A stretch of DNA of 64,000 nucleotides from Gonapodya sp. JEL0774. Lineage: Eukaryota. The stretch spans positions 62,001 to 126,000 of the forward strand of contig JADIIX010000058.1 in the NCBI GenBank assembly GCA_027604505.1, written 5' to 3'. The position numbers were made by a program, and so were the translations under genes. Shown piece by piece: positions 12,747-28,500 of the stretch. Each line of letters begins with the position of its first letter. Within the stretch, counting starts at the first letter, position 1. The notes under the pieces are model-generated. The model saw nothing but the letters and a program-made list of their open reading frames with translations. It did not search any database and was not told the origin of the DNA.

Positions 12747-13209
12747 TCAAAGCCCAATAAAACTTTTCGGGATTCGAGGAGAACAACATGAATATGCACC
12801 CACACGATTGGAAGGAAGGGAATCGTCATCTTCCGGATTCAAAATCAGATTACTGAGTAGACTTTGCTGAAGTGAAAACGATTCTGGACATCGGTAGCTT
12901 GGGTAGCTGGAGATATCCTTTGCCGCCTGGAGTGAAACCGTCAATTCAGCATCCGCACATTGAAACCACCGAAAACCCCACCTCGAAAGCACCCTGACAT
13001 TACCCTTTGATGTCGCCTCTCCTCCATCATCGTGATGCACTGTACTCACTTGTTCCTGCTCTTCAAATCGGCTCAATCCCTCCAGATTCTTGGGTTGTGA
13101 AATTATATCTCCAAAGTTGGAGGGATTCCAGTATTGATTGGCAACATAGTCGCTGAATGGAACGTGTCTGTACAGCGTGCTCGCCCGATTTCGTGTGTCT
13201 GCTGCCATG
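12747..13209 (-). CDS. Hypothetical coding exon(s), possibly 5' exons of the zinc-finger gene
   Basis: Open frame MAADTRNRASTLYRHVPFSDYVANQYWNPSNF... with plausible GT donors. No family recognised. Confidence 0.3.
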
Positions 13210-13458
13210 GCTATGTGGTACGCAGATCTTCGATGTATTATTTGTTTCGAGCCAGTACATAAGCGCAAACGCACACAGGCCTCAGACAACTGCAACACAA
13301 CACCACAAACAAATCACGGTGGACGCAGGGAATCCCACAGGAAATCCCACAGGACAGTTTACATTACCCAATCTCTCTCGTGTTTTTGACTCAAGCGCTT
13401 CTGATCGCAGAATGAAAATGTTTATTCAATCCGGAATCACGGACAAGAAAATATTCGA

Positions 13459-14571
13459 CTACAGCTTTGTCGCTTCAGACTCCCAGAACACCAGCACGCG
13501 CACCTCCAAACTCTCTCTCGGAGGAGCATCCTCACCAGCGCTTGGGTCTCGGAAAGCTCCGTGTGGCGCAAATCTGCTTCGAGAATTCATAGAAACATGA
13601 ACGAGGGTAAAGGATGGCCATGTTTATCGGTCAAGCACCCACCCCGCCTTCCCCGTGCTGCTTTCAAACGTTTTGAGCAAGTAGGCTTCATCTGACTTCT
13701 GCTGCGACAGGAAGTAGAACCTCCTGCCAGGCTTGTGCGCGAAGATACCGGTTTCGCCCACCCGGTGAGGGTACACGAGGTTCTGTGGAATGAGGTCTGC
13801 ATACGGAGTGGATGTGGCATCTGCGAGCGCTAGGGGCCAGGAAACGACCGTCTGAGGTTGAAAAGGTCAGGGGGGTTGCAAAGGTCAGGGCAACTACTCA
13901 GAGAGTGGACACTACACGGAGCTCACCCTGATTGGCCGCCACAAGTTTATGACAGCGAAGCGGCCCTTGGTGAGACGATCTGCATCTTCAGGTGAAAGAT
14001 GGTCTCTTGCCCTTGCATATCCCGACTTCCTGGTGTCTGAAGTTTAGAGGTTACGTCGATACACGGCATTCTGCGAAAAAAGTAGAACACAACACTTACA
14101 ATCGCTGTGGATAGCGTCCCCAGGTCCGATGTTGGTATGAGGAGAGCGAATAACCGTATCGAAAACTATTACGCGAGTCACGTGAATGCATTACTAAGTC
14201 AGGAAGTCATGCGGCTAACCACACCCACCAAGCGTTCTGGTTGCCCCAGTGTACTTTTTTATGATTCTTTCCACCTCTGGGTGGTAAATATTTCTCACCC
14301 GTTCCTCGTCGTAGAATTCATCAGGCTTCAAAGCAGTCGGTTCTCTCACGACCTGGAATCCATTCACGTCCAGAGTGAACACGGAGTCATCGACAGAACG
14401 GAGATCAATGAGTGGAGTGACATGTTCCACGCGCTCGTAATTGGGTCCTCGGTTATACTGGCGGGAGTATGTGGTCGGTTTTTCACCTTTTGGTACTGTC
14501 GCCAAGTCGATGAACCGGAGGCCCGCGTGAACGACACGTGGCTCTGTAGTAGAAGAGATTTGGGCAGACAT
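13459..14571 (-). CDS. CmcJ/NvfI/AsaB-like non-heme Fe(II) oxidoreductase (hydroxylase/desaturase)
   Basis: FTLDVNGFQVV, YHPEVERIIKKYTGA, VFDTVIR...AIHSDYT (HxD motif), RFAVINLWRPIR, RFYFLSQQKSDEAYLLKTFES and FAPHGAFRDP...RESLEVRVLVF. The chain ends ATKL*. Confidence 0.88.
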
Positions 14572-15523
14572 GTTGAATAAGGGCTACCAACGAAACGGTA
14601 ACAAGTGAAAAAAGGAAGATTTGAAAGTTGATGGGAACGTTAGGCGGTATATGTACGCGCCTGTTACGTGGACCTTTCTTATTGCGTCATCGCTGCAGTT
14701 TCGAGATGCATTTGTAATCAAGGCAATAATGAGATGCTCCCCACAGCAGCAGGAGGAACGATCAGTGGGAGACCAAATATGACACCATACCATCGAAAAT
14801 TGCACAACCTGCAACGAAGCTCTTTTAAAGAGTGGGAAATGATACAAAGCTCTCGCAACGAACTCTCAACATGACTGCACGTGACAAGGAAGATCTTGTA
14901 GTCTCTGCCTCATCGCAAAACGGTGGGTACGTCACAGTAGTTTTCCGAATCGACGATCAGCACCTGACTGCATCCAACAACACTTCCCAGAATCTAGCGC
15001 GAAAGAAGTGAGCGAGCTGTCTACAGCATCCGCCTTGGTCGCATCCCTTCGGCGGCTTCTGGGGTACTTTGTGGTGGACATAGAAGTTGAAGGAGATCCA
15101 ATGTGGTTAGAGCGGAAGATTTGGCTGGGACATTAAAGAAAGTGTGGTTGTGTTGGTGGGGGCTTGAGGAGTTCTGGTGTTCATTCAATTGTTTAGTTGT
15201 CTCATCAACATTTTGGTATTGAATTGTCGAATCTTGCAAAATTTCATTACTCAATAGCACGATAGTTTTCATTTCAAAATGAGTGACCGCTTAGAGAACT
15301 TACCAGAGTTGACGGGCCGATGTAGCTCAACGTCGCGCGACACCTTCCTCTGCCCCGCACCAACATTACACTTCATCTTCCCTCTCCGCCTTCTCTTTTT
15401 GGAGCCTTTGACTTGGTCGAAGAGTTTTGAGTGAGTCCGAGTCTGGTTTTATGCTACATTAGATCCCCCCTTCGACTCTCGGACGGTTTAGGTGTGCAAA
15501 TCGTGAAATGCGACTGACTCTAT

Positions 15524-17680
<2,157 letters not shown>

Positions 17681-18228
17681 GGATGATGTTCAGAGAGATG
17701 ACGGGGGTGAAGTTACAGTGGTTTTCCAAGAAGGTAGATAGAACGCAACAGGACAGCGGTAGAGCCGGCGCAGCGGCGCATTAGATGAATTAAAAGATTC
17801 AAAGAAAATTAGATGTCACAGCGAACCTCATCCTGGTCTGTGGATGTGGACATGGCTCAAGCTTGCTCAATGTCGGACGAAGTGGTGGGTTGCGGAAGTT
17901 CGTCCTGGACCACTTGGGATCCCTCCACTACCAACACTCCCGACGTAATTTTGTTCCGAGGACACTGGGAAGTCCAAGGATTTCACGACTAGAAAGTACT
18001 ACAAGGATTGTACATGCTGCTAACTTTCAGAGCTCGGATATATGATCCTCTTTGCAATCAAATCACCAGAAAACCACCAATTAAGTGATTTGATTTTGCC
18101 TAGAATCCATCCACGTTCAAGGCTTTGTCACTATAAAGTTATACAGTTGAACACCATCAGTTGTGCACGGGCTGTCCACCAACGTGACACGTTTATTCCC
18201 ATCTGTCTTCGATTTGAGCACCACCATC

Positions 18229-19538
18229 ATGAGCTTCCAACTCGCCGCTAGCATGATCTCCCGGGCTCCGTTTCTCGCATCCCCAGCAATAGCTGTTGCA
18301 GCCCGTCGGACAATGTCGGACACACCAAAGGATATCAACAAGGTCAGGGTCGTAGGACGTGAGTTCAGCCGTAAAATGGGAGCACTCATCACCTATACAC
18401 GAAATCTGTGTGCTCGGGGGCTCATTTTTGGGAGGATAAGGTAACCAAGCAATCTCTACACTCGGGCGAAACTTTGATTCGACCCGAGGGTGAGGTTTTC
18501 CGGTTCCACCTCCTGGCATTTCGATCAATTTTACTTCGATTGTGCTTGTGCATGCCTCCCTGCGCCTTTGAAACTCACTCTTCCCTGATCTGGCCTTTGA
18601 CAATTCATTACTTTGGCAAAACTACTGCGCAGGCGTTGTTGACCCACCCAGCTTCTACAAGTTTCAAAAAGAAGGGTCTACTGGTGGCGTCTCAACTATT
18701 CGTGTGGTGACGGTTGAGCACATAAAGGTTGCCGACAAGGAGTGGGATGGGCGGACCTTCCACACGGTGAGTGTCAAGACCCCAAAGGATACTAGTAAGG
18801 AGGCCATTGTATCATTCAAGGTAAAGGAATGAGGATAATGGGGAGAACTCGGACTGCGGTCTGTTTCTTTCGTCGCCTGGGGTGGCCCTAATCGCACAGA
18901 ACGAAAATGGAATGTCTCTTGACGCCAGGGGAGTGTTAGAGAATCTGTTATTGGGCCTTACACGCAACACAAGAGGGGGTGCGAAATGCCGTGTCCTGAT
19001 AAGATTACTCGCTCCATACCTGACCAATTCTCACTTGGCTGGTCTGACCTTTTCCATTAATTTGCAGATCAAAAGCTTCCAATCAGACGTCAACGATCAA
19101 ATCTTGGCGGCGGAGCTCCAGCCGGGCAACTGGATCGAAGTCGACGGAAAGTTGAGAGGTGATTCATGGACAGGCAGGGTAGGTTGATCATTTGCGAATT
19201 CCGCGGAAGAATGCAGGGGACCATTTTTTGTGAGCCTTGGCATTTCCGTGTCAAGTGGGGAGAAGGTCACAACTCCAATCGTGTGTTTGGGTGGGAGGGA
19301 ATCGTCAGGGGATAGGGTGGTGGTTGTCTCCGGAAAACGCTCTTTGTCTCGACAACTTTGTGCCAATTTCGCTAACCTGGGTCGGGGGGGGGGGGGGGGG
19401 GGNNNNNNNNNNCATCCCTGAACGGTTACACTGGTTTCGCAATCGCAGGACGGAGCGAAACGATCACGTATTGTTATTGAAATCGGCAAGGAAGGTTCCT
19501 TCAAGCTTTTGAACCGGGACACTGCGCCGGTGCAATAA
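18229..19538 (+). CDS. RIM1: Mitochondrial single-stranded DNA-binding protein (SSB OB-fold), divergent; spans an assembly gap in an intron
   Basis: Mitochondrial-presequence-like MSFQLAASMISRAPFLASPAIAVAARRTMS...DINK. Later exons VSTIRVVTVEH...RTFHT|IKSF...LQPGNWIEVDGKLRGDSWTGR|DGAKRSRIVIEI match the SSB pattern. Confidence 0.72.
19403..19412. other. Assembly gap (10 N) flanked by poly-G
   Basis: An N run directly after about 19 G. Confidence 0.99.
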
Positions 19539-20427
19539 ACCGCCGTTTCCTCTCTGTTCCCTGAGTGCTCTCTCTCGATGTGTGGAGTGGCTAGGTGGAG
19601 TGAGGTGATACACTGGGCTGTTAACGAATTGTAGTGACGAGTGAAAGCCTAGAGGAGGTGGATGCATTGTATAGATAACATGGTTGAGATCAGAGAATTT
19701 CTAAGCTCGCCGAAGGTTTGCGGGAATCGTTTGAATTTTTGCGAACGGGTGGGACTGGAGAGAATTTCCCTTTCCAAGCAAGAATATTTGCACGCAATTT
19801 ATTAAGATTCACATTCTCGCAAGGGAAACACATGAGTTCTTTGTATTTGTGATTCATATTCCTTTACACTGCTCTAATAAATCTGCCCCCCCAATCCACG
19901 GAACGGGTTTTGGGTGTCTGGGGGTGTGTGCTGGATGTGCCACACCCCCACGCTCTCCCTGTGTACTCACGTCCCTCCTGCATACTCGTTCCCAATAATC
20001 ACCTTGATAGTTTCCGCGAAAAGAATCTGAGACATCTTCCTTTATCGCACCTGCAACACTTCTTGGCATCAAAAAGCTTTGTTTCTTGTCTGATCGCACC
20101 AATCTCCTGCATTTGGCCTTACAGGTGAGCCATTACTGCTGCTGGGAGAGGCGATTGGATGTGTGATGGAAGTTTTTGGGCCCATATTTTGGAGCGAAGA
20201 TAGTTTTCCAGACGCGGAACCTCCCCATTGTCCGATATTCTGTGTGAAATATTTCGGTTTCTTGGCGCTTTCACTCGAACTTCCGACAGGAGCTCACTCA
20301 CTCTATCCCTGTTGTTTCTACGCACCTTATTTCTACTGCTCGCCGTGTTTGGCGGGGCTTGCTGTGAATCATTGGGCTTGCAGCTTCACTCGGACCGACC
20401 ACCCCAAATCCCGTTCACGAACCATCC

Positions 20428-21926
20428 ATGGCACCCGCACTCATAACCGCCGTTATTCAAGATATTGCTCGGATTCCCTGGCCAATATTCTTTCTAATTT
20501 TTGCGGTCGGCGTCATTGCATCGTATCGCATTATCGGATCCGCTGCATCGCTCATGTACAAGTTCACGTACGGGAAGAAGACTGATTTCGCCAAGTATGG
20601 CGCAAAGAAAGGTGGCTGGGGTGAGTTGCGAGGATAAGGAGGCAGATGGAGGAGAGCTTTGCTTCTCTGTGTTCTTGTTTATGATCGCATTTCCAGCAGT
20701 CATCTTGCTATTTTTTGAGTCTTGTGGGCAATTCTGACGATATATCCCTTTCTCCCTTTTGTTTTCCATATTTTTGCCAGCTCTGGTCACCGGCGCATCT
20801 GACGGAATCGGCAAGCAGTTCGCCATCCAGCTGTCCCAGAAAGGAATGAACGTGATTCTGGCTGCACGTCGAAAGGAGAAGCTTGACGAGGTCGCCGCCG
20901 CTCTCGCCAAAGACGTTCAACACAAAATTATTCTCCTTGACGTGTCGGATAACGGTCACGCAGGATGGACTGAGATCGATGATTTCCGCAAGGAGTTGGA
21001 AGCCAAAGGGGACATGATCAGCGTTCTCGTCAACAACGCCGGCGTCTCCTACGACTTCCCAACACCTTTCGAGGAGTTATCTCAGGCTAAATCTGACCAG
21101 ATTATTGACGGTGAATCTCCGAATGCGAGACGACCTGTTGTTAATTTGATTCTGAGTTCTGCCGCGGCTGCATTTCATTCTCAGTTAACTGCAAGGCTGT
21201 TATGCGTATCACTAAATTGATCATGCCTAGCATGCTCACTCGCAAAAATGGTCTCGTGAGTCCTCCCCGTTGACGTACATTTTGGAGTATTGGGCACCCT
21301 GCTTATCAACACTATCCGCGAACAATAGGTTCTCAACCTCGGCTCCTGCGTTGGTCAGATCCCCGTAGCATACCTTGCCGTTTACTCTGGCTCGAAGGGT
21401 TTCTTGAAATACTGGTCTATGGCCGTTGGACAAGAAGCAAAGGAGAACGGCGTTCAGTTTGAGAACCTCAACACTTGGTGGGTAGAAAGCGAGCCACCTT
21501 ATCGCTGTTCGACCATCAAAATGTGTCTTGTTATCCACAGGTTCGTTTCCACCGCCATGTCAAAGATCCGAAAAGCCACTTGGGACGTGCCCACAGCGGA
21601 GGACTACGTTCGCCACGTTCTGTCTTACTGCGGCCAGGGTCATTTGTCGTGGACTCCTTACCCCTCACACGCTCTGTTCGCATGGATTGTCGACAACGTT
21701 GCTTCCAGGAGACAGGCAATGGAATGGTTCTGGAACTCTCAGAAGGTTTGTTGGCCTCAGTTTATACGATGCTTCGGACGATCAGAACGTCCAGTAACCT
21801 TTGAATAATTCCCATTCTTACCAGGCCATTCGTGAGATCGCGCTGTTGAAGAAGAAGAAGAAGCTGGAGGAGGCAAGGAAAGCCGCAGACGCAGCCGCCG
21901 CAGCGGGACAGCCGGTCAAGGCATAA
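20428..21926 (+). CDS. IFA38: Very-long-chain 3-oxoacyl-CoA reductase (SDR, KCR/HSD17B12 type)
   Basis: N-terminal TM segment, W|ALVTGASDGIGK, VLVNNAGVSYDFP, catalytic YSGSK, FVSTAMSKIR and WTPYPSH. Confidence 0.88.
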
Positions 21927-22255
21927 ATCATCTCGCATTCCGTTGTCTCAGGCATATTAGAGTTGGAATTTTGTTGGTGTGCGATATTGATTGGAGGGAG
22001 ATTGTCGAGATGCCGTCTGTATTTGATACCTTTCATCCAAACGAAGTAGAAATTGTAGTCAAACTCCACCAATCAATTTCATAGACCTTACACCTGTTGC
22101 GCCGGGGCGGCGGAACCAGTAAGGACACTGCGGATTGTCACGGCAACAGATTTTAAACATTACGATTCACCCCCAGGTAAACAAAGAGTCTCAATACTGT
22201 GTAGCTCCAACAGCCCATCAAGCAATTATCATGTCCTAAAATGGCGATGTACACT

Positions 22256-23012
22256 TCAGAAACCCCTGGTGAAACATGGTCCCCCTGCTTTGGTGTTGAG
22301 AATCAGGCTTACAATGAGTCCGTACAGACCTAGCACCTCAGCAAAGATAAGAATGAGAACCATTCCGACAAAAAGCCGGGGTTGATAAGCGTAACCGCGT
22401 ACTCCGGAGTCACCGACGATCCCAATGGCGTATCCAGCAGCCATGCCAGCGAAGCCCGTCGCGGTACCGGCCCCAAAGTGGACAAAGCCCGAAAATGGTG
22501 AGTAGTCCGTCGCGGATATGTTGCCTGAGATGAGGACAGCAACTACGAGTCCGTAGACGGATATGATACCAGCCATAACGACTGAAGGGGGAAGGAAACA
22601 GGATGACACAAGAGGGGGTGCGTACGGGTTGTTGCCGTCAGCAAGCACATCCAAGACACACATCAGCGTACTCCGCTCGCTTTTGCAACGCCAACAATAA
22701 CGGCCTTCTTGTCTCCGGAAAGTGTTCCCTGCCCTCACCCCAGAACTCTGCCGATTCCTCCGTCTGCGCAGGATGCTCACCTGGGATCAAACTTTTCATA
22801 ATAAGGTCAGGCCTAAACTGTCCCATACCCGAAATTCCAATGCCAGCCTTCGCTGTCCCGTATGCAGCTCCAACGGATGAGAAGATCATGGCCATCGCAA
22901 CGCCAGCGTGGCCAAAGAATGGGGACCAGAGCGGGCACGGCCCATCCGCGAGTTGCAGATAGTAGTCAGTATTTCCTGTAGCATACAGGGAATTTGTAAG
23001 ATTGTACGCCAT
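22256..23012 (-). CDS. VMA11: V-type H+-ATPase proteolipid subunit c'
   Basis: [12 protein letters not shown]...[46 protein letters not shown]...[16 protein letters not shown]. The [21 protein letters not shown] segment is c'-type. Confidence 0.9.
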
Positions 23013-23332
23013 TAGGGGAAGATGCTCTGGATCGGAAAGTTATTTAAAGAGGGAATGGAGCCGGTTCCGCCCCCGCAGACGGGAGGATACGGGACGACCG
23101 AATTAACAAACGAACAATACGCGTCGAATGAGCGCAACGCGTCGACGCTTACCTTGCTCGCAGGTATTGGAGCAGAGCCCTTGGACCTAAGGAATGACGG
23201 CAGGCTCGGGGAACACGCGGAAAAATTGGTTTTACCACTTCCAATCGAACACTCAAGATACATGCAAGTACAGACTGATGACAATCGTGTATCAATTGGC
23301 TGCTGTCCCTCCCTCTTCCACACTATTCTACC

Positions 23333-25252
23333 TTAGTTCCTTCCGTGCTTCCCCAGCGTTCGCCTGACCACTTTAATGATATTGTCAGTCTGTGGTACCG
23401 CTGCAGTCTCAAGATTTGCGGCGTATGGCATAGGAACATCAGCACCAGTGACACGAGCAACTGGGGCGTCAAGATAGTCAAAGGCATCACCTGAAAGGAA
23501 TACGAATCAATCATCCAATTCCAGGAGTGTCGTTATTTGGGCAGGCGTGCGTTGATTGAAGCATTTTAGGTGCAGCACAAATGGATGTAAAAAAGAAATC
23601 CGCTTGGAGGTTGGCGGAGATAGTATAGAGGCGTGCTTATATTACACTCACTCTCCATGATTGCCGCTGCAATCTCTGCCCCCACTCCATGTTGCGGCCA
23701 TCCTTGCTCAATTGTCACGATGCGATTGGTCTTTTTAACGCTCGCAATAAGAGTCGACACGTCCAACGGACGGATCGACCGCAAATTGATGACTTCCGCG
23801 GAAATACCCTCCTTGGCGAGAACTTCGGCCGCTTCCATGGTGGGTGTCATAGTACGGGAAAAAGAGACGAGCGTTATGTCCTTGCCTGATAGCGAAGCGG
23901 TGGAACAAATATTACACTGAGACTAGAATTATTGCTTTGACTTGCTCTTTGTGGGCCACCGTACCTTCTCGTTCGATCTTAGCTTTGCCAATGGGTAGAA
24001 CAAACTCCTTGTCCAGCGCCTCTTTGCTAATGGGGAAAGATACACCGTACATGATCTCGGATTCAAGAACACAGACCGGGTTCGGATCCCGAATTGCAGC
24101 CTGGAAAATTTAAACACGCAGACCCTTTAGAACTGGGACAATCAGATGTCCCTCGACTCCCAGCCTGTCATGAAGTTCTGAAGAAGTACAATGCTGCTCC
24201 CTAGATCCATATTTACTCCGTCCCCTTGTTTTCGTTTGCGATTACGAAGAAGTGGACAAACTCACCTTCATCAAACCCCTGGCATCTTCAGCATTCCAGG
24301 GTGCCACCACCTTCAATCCTGGTACCGCTCCATACCAGCTTGCAAAGCACTGGGTATGCTGGGCGCCAACGCCAGGGGCTGCGCCGTTAGGCCCTCGGAA
24401 AACGATGGGAACTTCAGCTTGGCCAGCTGCCATATAACGCGCCTTGGCGGCAGAATTGATTATGTGGTCGATCGACTAATGGAGGTTTAAGTGGGCAGAC
24501 ATGAGGCACCAGAAAATAATGAGGTTGTTCAACGATTTCAGAGATTGTCCCATTCGCGATAGCACATCGCAAAATCGCATATGCATATGGGGATAACAGC
24601 AATCCAAGTCAGTGAGGAAGAGAAACATTCAGATCAATAGCACCAATGGCCAGAACTCAAGCCGATCCTACCTGCATTGCGAAGTTCCATGTCATGAACT
24701 CGCAGACAGGTTTAAGTCCGTTCATTGCTGCACCAACGGCGATTCCAGTGAAACCCATTTCCGTGATAGGAGTATCAATAACTCTCTTGTCACCGTACTT
24801 GTCCAGGAGCCCCTTGGTGACCTGGAAACGGAGGTAACGGGGGACACTCGAATTGAGATGCTGTCCAGCATGGAATGTCAAAATCTGACAGGCGCACCTT
24901 GTAGGCACCATTGTAAAGTGCCACTTCCTCTCCGAGAATGAAAACTTTATCGTCGCGGGCCATCTCCTCATCGAGAGCCGAGTTGAAAGCTTCTCGGACT
25001 GTAATCTAGGGGAGTTTACATTCACGGGCCAACAGGTCATGCTAGCTTCCAACAACAAAAACTGGCATTTTAATCGATGAAGTTTCAGCTCACAACTGTT
25101 TGACCATCAGCTGCAGGTGCTGCGTATGTTCGCTTTTGAATTCGTGGAAGTCGTTGAACCCGACGAGAAGAGATAAGGGCTGTTGCTGCTGGGGATAAGG
25201 TCGCAACTCGGGTAACGGTGGGAGTGGCAACAGACGAAAGCCGAAGAAGCAT
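23333..25252 (-). CDS. PDB1: Pyruvate dehydrogenase E1 beta subunit, mitochondrial
   Basis: Mitochondrial presequence; [59 protein letters not shown] and [21 protein letters not shown]. Confidence 0.97.
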
Positions 25253-25551
25253 TTGTGTTGAGAATGTTGAGTGTAGATTAAGGAAGAGTTGGGGTGACAG
25301 GGCCCACGCGGAGGTTGAAGAATAGACGCTCAGAGATGAGAGCAATCTTGGCGCGTGAAAATGGCGCGCTCAGTTGCTGGTATCGTGGATGGATCGGAAA
25401 ATCGCCCGTAACTCGGCCGATTTATGTGCGGGGTTGGGGTTGTTTTGCAGCCGGCGTACCGTCCTCACGACGGGACGATCAAACGCAAGTATTAAAATTA
25501 TTTCTATTTCTCACTTATCAGTTGTAATACCTGCACCTATTACTACCACAC

Positions 25552-28500
25552 TCATACGATCTGCCCACCCAGCGCCTTATCCAGCTCCTCCTCCTCTTTC
25601 TCACCGTCCGCGGTGGAATATGTAAATTCACTGCCGAAATCATCAAAGTCAGTATCACCCTGGGAGAATTTTGTGAAAATTGGTGAGCCCGACTTGTTAA
25701 AACTCAACATCACTGCCACCCCTCTCACCCGCGATGACCCTGTCCCCGTTGTGTTGACCTCCATAGACATGTGACTCAGATTTTCGGACATATTGTCGGT
25801 GAAATTGTCGACGTCGAGATTCCCTTTTCGGGACTACCGAATGGTACAGAAGGGATGAGCACACGAAACTTGTGTGGCACGGCGCCGCGGACTCACATCG
25901 TGGTCTGCCCCTCCATTTACGCGTGCATATCTCACTCCAGCCCCTGTGCCCACAACCTCTGCGTCACCAAACGTCACACCATGTGCTGGAACTGCTCCAC
26001 CTTGCACAGGTTGGTTAGCCTTGATGGCCCCAACAAGGTCCCAGTCCAGGCTGTCCTTTAGTCGCGGATAATCTGTGGCAGCACCGTATCCACCGCGTTC
26101 CCTCATCTTCTTGACCTGAGACTCGGCTGCGAGTGCAAATTTTATATCCGGGAAAAGGTTCTCATAGCTCACTGGGTCGGCCAGTGCTTCCGCGGCTTTG
26201 TGCTTCCCAACGGCAATGAGTTGCTCTTTCCAGAGCTTCACGATGCGGGAAATTTGGCTAGCATATGAGAATGACACATCGCATCAAAGATCCGTCGGCA
26301 GATTAAATTCTGACTTGTTTCTGCGCTCGTGTTTCTATGTGTGAACTCACCTGGGTAGATAGGTGCGTGCGAATAGCGCAGCTTCCGGTATCCTGTCGGT
26401 TTGTATGAGAAGATCAACGCATCGATCAAGCTCGCCACACAACAGGTAGCAAAGGAAAGTAATATTGTTCTTCCCCTCGTCGACTAGCAACGCAAATTGA
26501 TGGAGATATTATGTTAGCCGATCGTGCAACTCGCAGTCACTACAACTCACCGGCCCTGATGCTCAAATCCATCAACCCTTGCTTATCTCCACTCGCCTGA
26601 TAAAAAAGTAACAGACCCTCCAAATCCTTTCCACGTTTCATGGCTTCTTCGGCCAAGTCAAACTTCCAGCTCTGGAGTGCGGTGTCCCCAACAATTCGCC
26701 ATTTATCCTCCTGGTCAGATGTCCTCGCAATGTCAAGGGCAACGTCAAGATGTCCCAGCTGAACTGCTAGTTCAAAGCGATGTTCGGAGTCAGTGGACAC
26801 TGTTAGTGCCAACTCCTTGAGGTCTGAGGCTCGTGATCGTCAATAATGCTTGTGAATATTTAGAATCATAAAAACTCACTTTGACCTTCCAGGAATCTGG
26901 CCATTCTGTTTCGGTGATCCACTGGTACGTTAGGTAACAGCCGATCGGCAGTCTCGAGATCCCCACGAAGTACCGCAGTCTGGTATTCAATTACAGCGAG
27001 AGGAAGAGAGTAACTGACCACGTTCAGATCCTGGGTGCAAGACATAAGACTGAGGTGCGTTCGCATTAAGAGCGAATGGAAAGGCGACCACAAACCTTGT
27101 CGCTTAGGAATATCCTGTTGTCTCGAGGAATGTAACCCAAAAGATACATATTGCTATGACCACGATCGAGAGCGAAATATAAAGGACAATTATTAGGCTT
27201 TTAGCTCGCAAAGTTGCGTCCCACCTGTCGAAATGACTGATGGTCGAAGTTGTTCCTCCGACCACATAGCTCAAACGGTTCAAGTTGTTTGTGTAGATGA
27301 AGCAGTCTCCAACCCAAGCACCCGATTTAACCCTACGAACACAGACTAACAACTTCAAAATTAGTGCTCCGTCTCAAAGCCTAAATTAAACTTACGTTTC
27401 GGGCACCTCGTTAATAAATTCGAATGCGGACTCCAGTCCCTCATCAGTCAGAGAGTTCGCGCCACTGCGATCGACGTGCTGCTGATATGCCATTCGATTG
27501 AAACGAAGAATGTAGAAGGACTCTTCCGTTGCAATGCAAACTAAGTCGGACTCAGACCAATAAACCTGATGATGCGTATTGTAATGTTCAGAAGAACAAA
27601 AATTATCAACGATGGCCCTTCGTGTCTTCATACCATTTTCGCATTGACATCCACTCGTCGAACGGTCGCCCCAGTCTCCCAATCAAAAAAAGAAATAAAG
27701 CCGTTGCCTTTAAGGGCAAGTAAAGCACCCCCAAAAATGGCTTCTGTAGCGAAAGTGGAGCGGATGGGGATGGTTTTCTCCTTGAAATTCTTGAACATTT
27801 TGATTTTGGTGGGAGATTCGCGTATAGCATACCTTCATATTTCAAGATGGAATTAGAACACTGCTGGAGCAGGAGGCCTCGCTCCACATTTAACTTACTC
27901 GTTTGAGTCTTGCGCCCATACAAACTCGAGGGCATTTCCGAAGCTCTTGTTTCTCCATGCGAGAGCGGTGTATATTATATACTCCCCGTCTCCACAAACC
28001 ACCACGAACCTGTCGTGCCAATTTCAACAATCGTGAGGCCGGTACGATTTTAGTCAACTCACCTGCCGTTGGGGCTGTGTGCCAGGGTCTGAGGGTAAAT
28101 TTCGCAGTTGCCAAGGTCTTTTGGCGGCAGGGTGATCCTCTCCCCGTCTTTGATGTTCTCCTCGCCCCCAGCTTTAATGTTGGCAGTACGGATTTCGTTG
28201 TGCCGTGCCCAGATGATCTTTCCCGAGCTATCCATCGATACAGCCGGTTCCTCCCGACCAACCTGAAAGGCAATTTTCAAAAGACGTCGTTCTCATCGAA
28301 GGCATGAGTAATAGTTCAAGAGGATACTCACTTTTATCGTAATAGTACCTTCGTCATACCCTATCGCCAAGTCGTTGCTCCCTCTGAGATAAGCCACAGT
28401 CCACACTCGCTCAAGTCCATAGTTGAGAGTGTTTTCAAGTCGATATGTGTTAGAGTGCCAAAGTCGGACTGACCCATCCTCGGATCCTGAAATAATGATA

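Noticed and set aside
13328..13352. 12-nt tandem repeat G(G/A)AATCCCACAG x2
   Set aside because: Only two units with no spacers; not a CRISPR array and too short to interpret.
19384..19412. Poly-G/poly-C runs here and at 46772-46790 and 59577-59722 as G-quadruplex elements or poly-Pro/Gly ORFs
   Set aside because: They directly flank N gaps, so their length and neighbouring sequence are unreliable and probably reflect sequencing dropout.
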